DNA of 63,992 nt, filler included, from Octopus bimaculoides (Eukaryota): NCBI RefSeq assembly GCF_001194135.2. It is 8 parts of 8 records of this genome, joined end to end, with 100 filler letters (N's around TTAATTAATTAA, not from the genome) between each part and the next. Parts side by side here need not be neighbours in the genome. Positions count along the whole stretch, not along the records: positions 62,986 to 63,992 come from NC_068988.1; 7 more parts are not named here. One strand, 5' to 3'. The notes under the pieces were generated by a model, which did not search any database, was not told where the DNA came from, and was given only the letters and a program-made list of their open reading frames with translations. Both the position numbers and the translations under genes were made by a program. Shown here piece after piece: positions 63,601 through 63,992 of the stretch (positions are counted from its first letter, which is position 1; the number at the start of each line of letters is the position of its first letter).

Positions 63601-63992
63601 TGCTAAATAATAGGAACATAACCACACCAACACCAGTTGTCAACTGATGGTGGAGGACAAACACAGACACAATACACACACATATATGTATATAAATACA
63701 TACATACATACATACATATATATATATCAGGCGGTACAATCAGGCGTTGCCAGTACTGCCTGACTGGCTCTCATTCCGGTGGCACGTAAAAGCACCCACT
63801 ACACTCTCGGAATGGTTGGCTTTAGGAAGGGCATCCAGCTGTAGAAACTCTGCCAAATCAGATTGGAGCCTGGTGTAGCCATCTGGTTCACCAGTCCTCA
63901 GTCAAATCGTCCAACCCATGCTAGCATGGAAAGCAGACGTTAAACGATGATGATGATGATATATATAAGCTTGTTGTATATTTATATATATA

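Overview
Eukaryotic, microsatellite- and SINE-saturated animal DNA. The tRNA-derived SINE families, TTAGGG arrays and repeat density point to a cephalopod (Octopus-like) draft assembly; this is an inference. The window is a concatenation of at least 8 pieces joined by artificial 100-bp linkers (44N-TTAATTAATTAA-44N), and parts look like noisy gap fill. Nearly all ORFs in the supplied track are microsatellite or N artefacts. Real genic content: (1) a complete 4-coding-exon Max (bHLH-ZIP) gene on the minus strand (37405 to 34707, 148 aa) with a candidate promoter near 38.7-39.0 kb; (2) a probable unannotated plus-strand multi-exon gene (exons 47536-47647, 48777-48943, 52943-53045) resembling invertebrate ependymin/LolA-fold-like proteins. 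Mobile elements: a pLTR-ORF-pLTR Penelope-like element plus a second decayed copy, R4/Dong-like fragments next to (TAA)n, Tx1 and RTE fragments, a SAP+SWIM TIR element with AT TSD, and four SINE families, some tandemly amplified. Most unusual signals: a Penelope-associated hammerhead motif with U at core position 6 in all five copies, a second long-stem-II hammerhead family, inverted clusters of an unexplained ~170-bp module bracketing the Max promoter, degenerate telomeric arrays plus a 46-bp satellite just upstream of Max, and a ~290-bp fold-back inside the second gene's intron.
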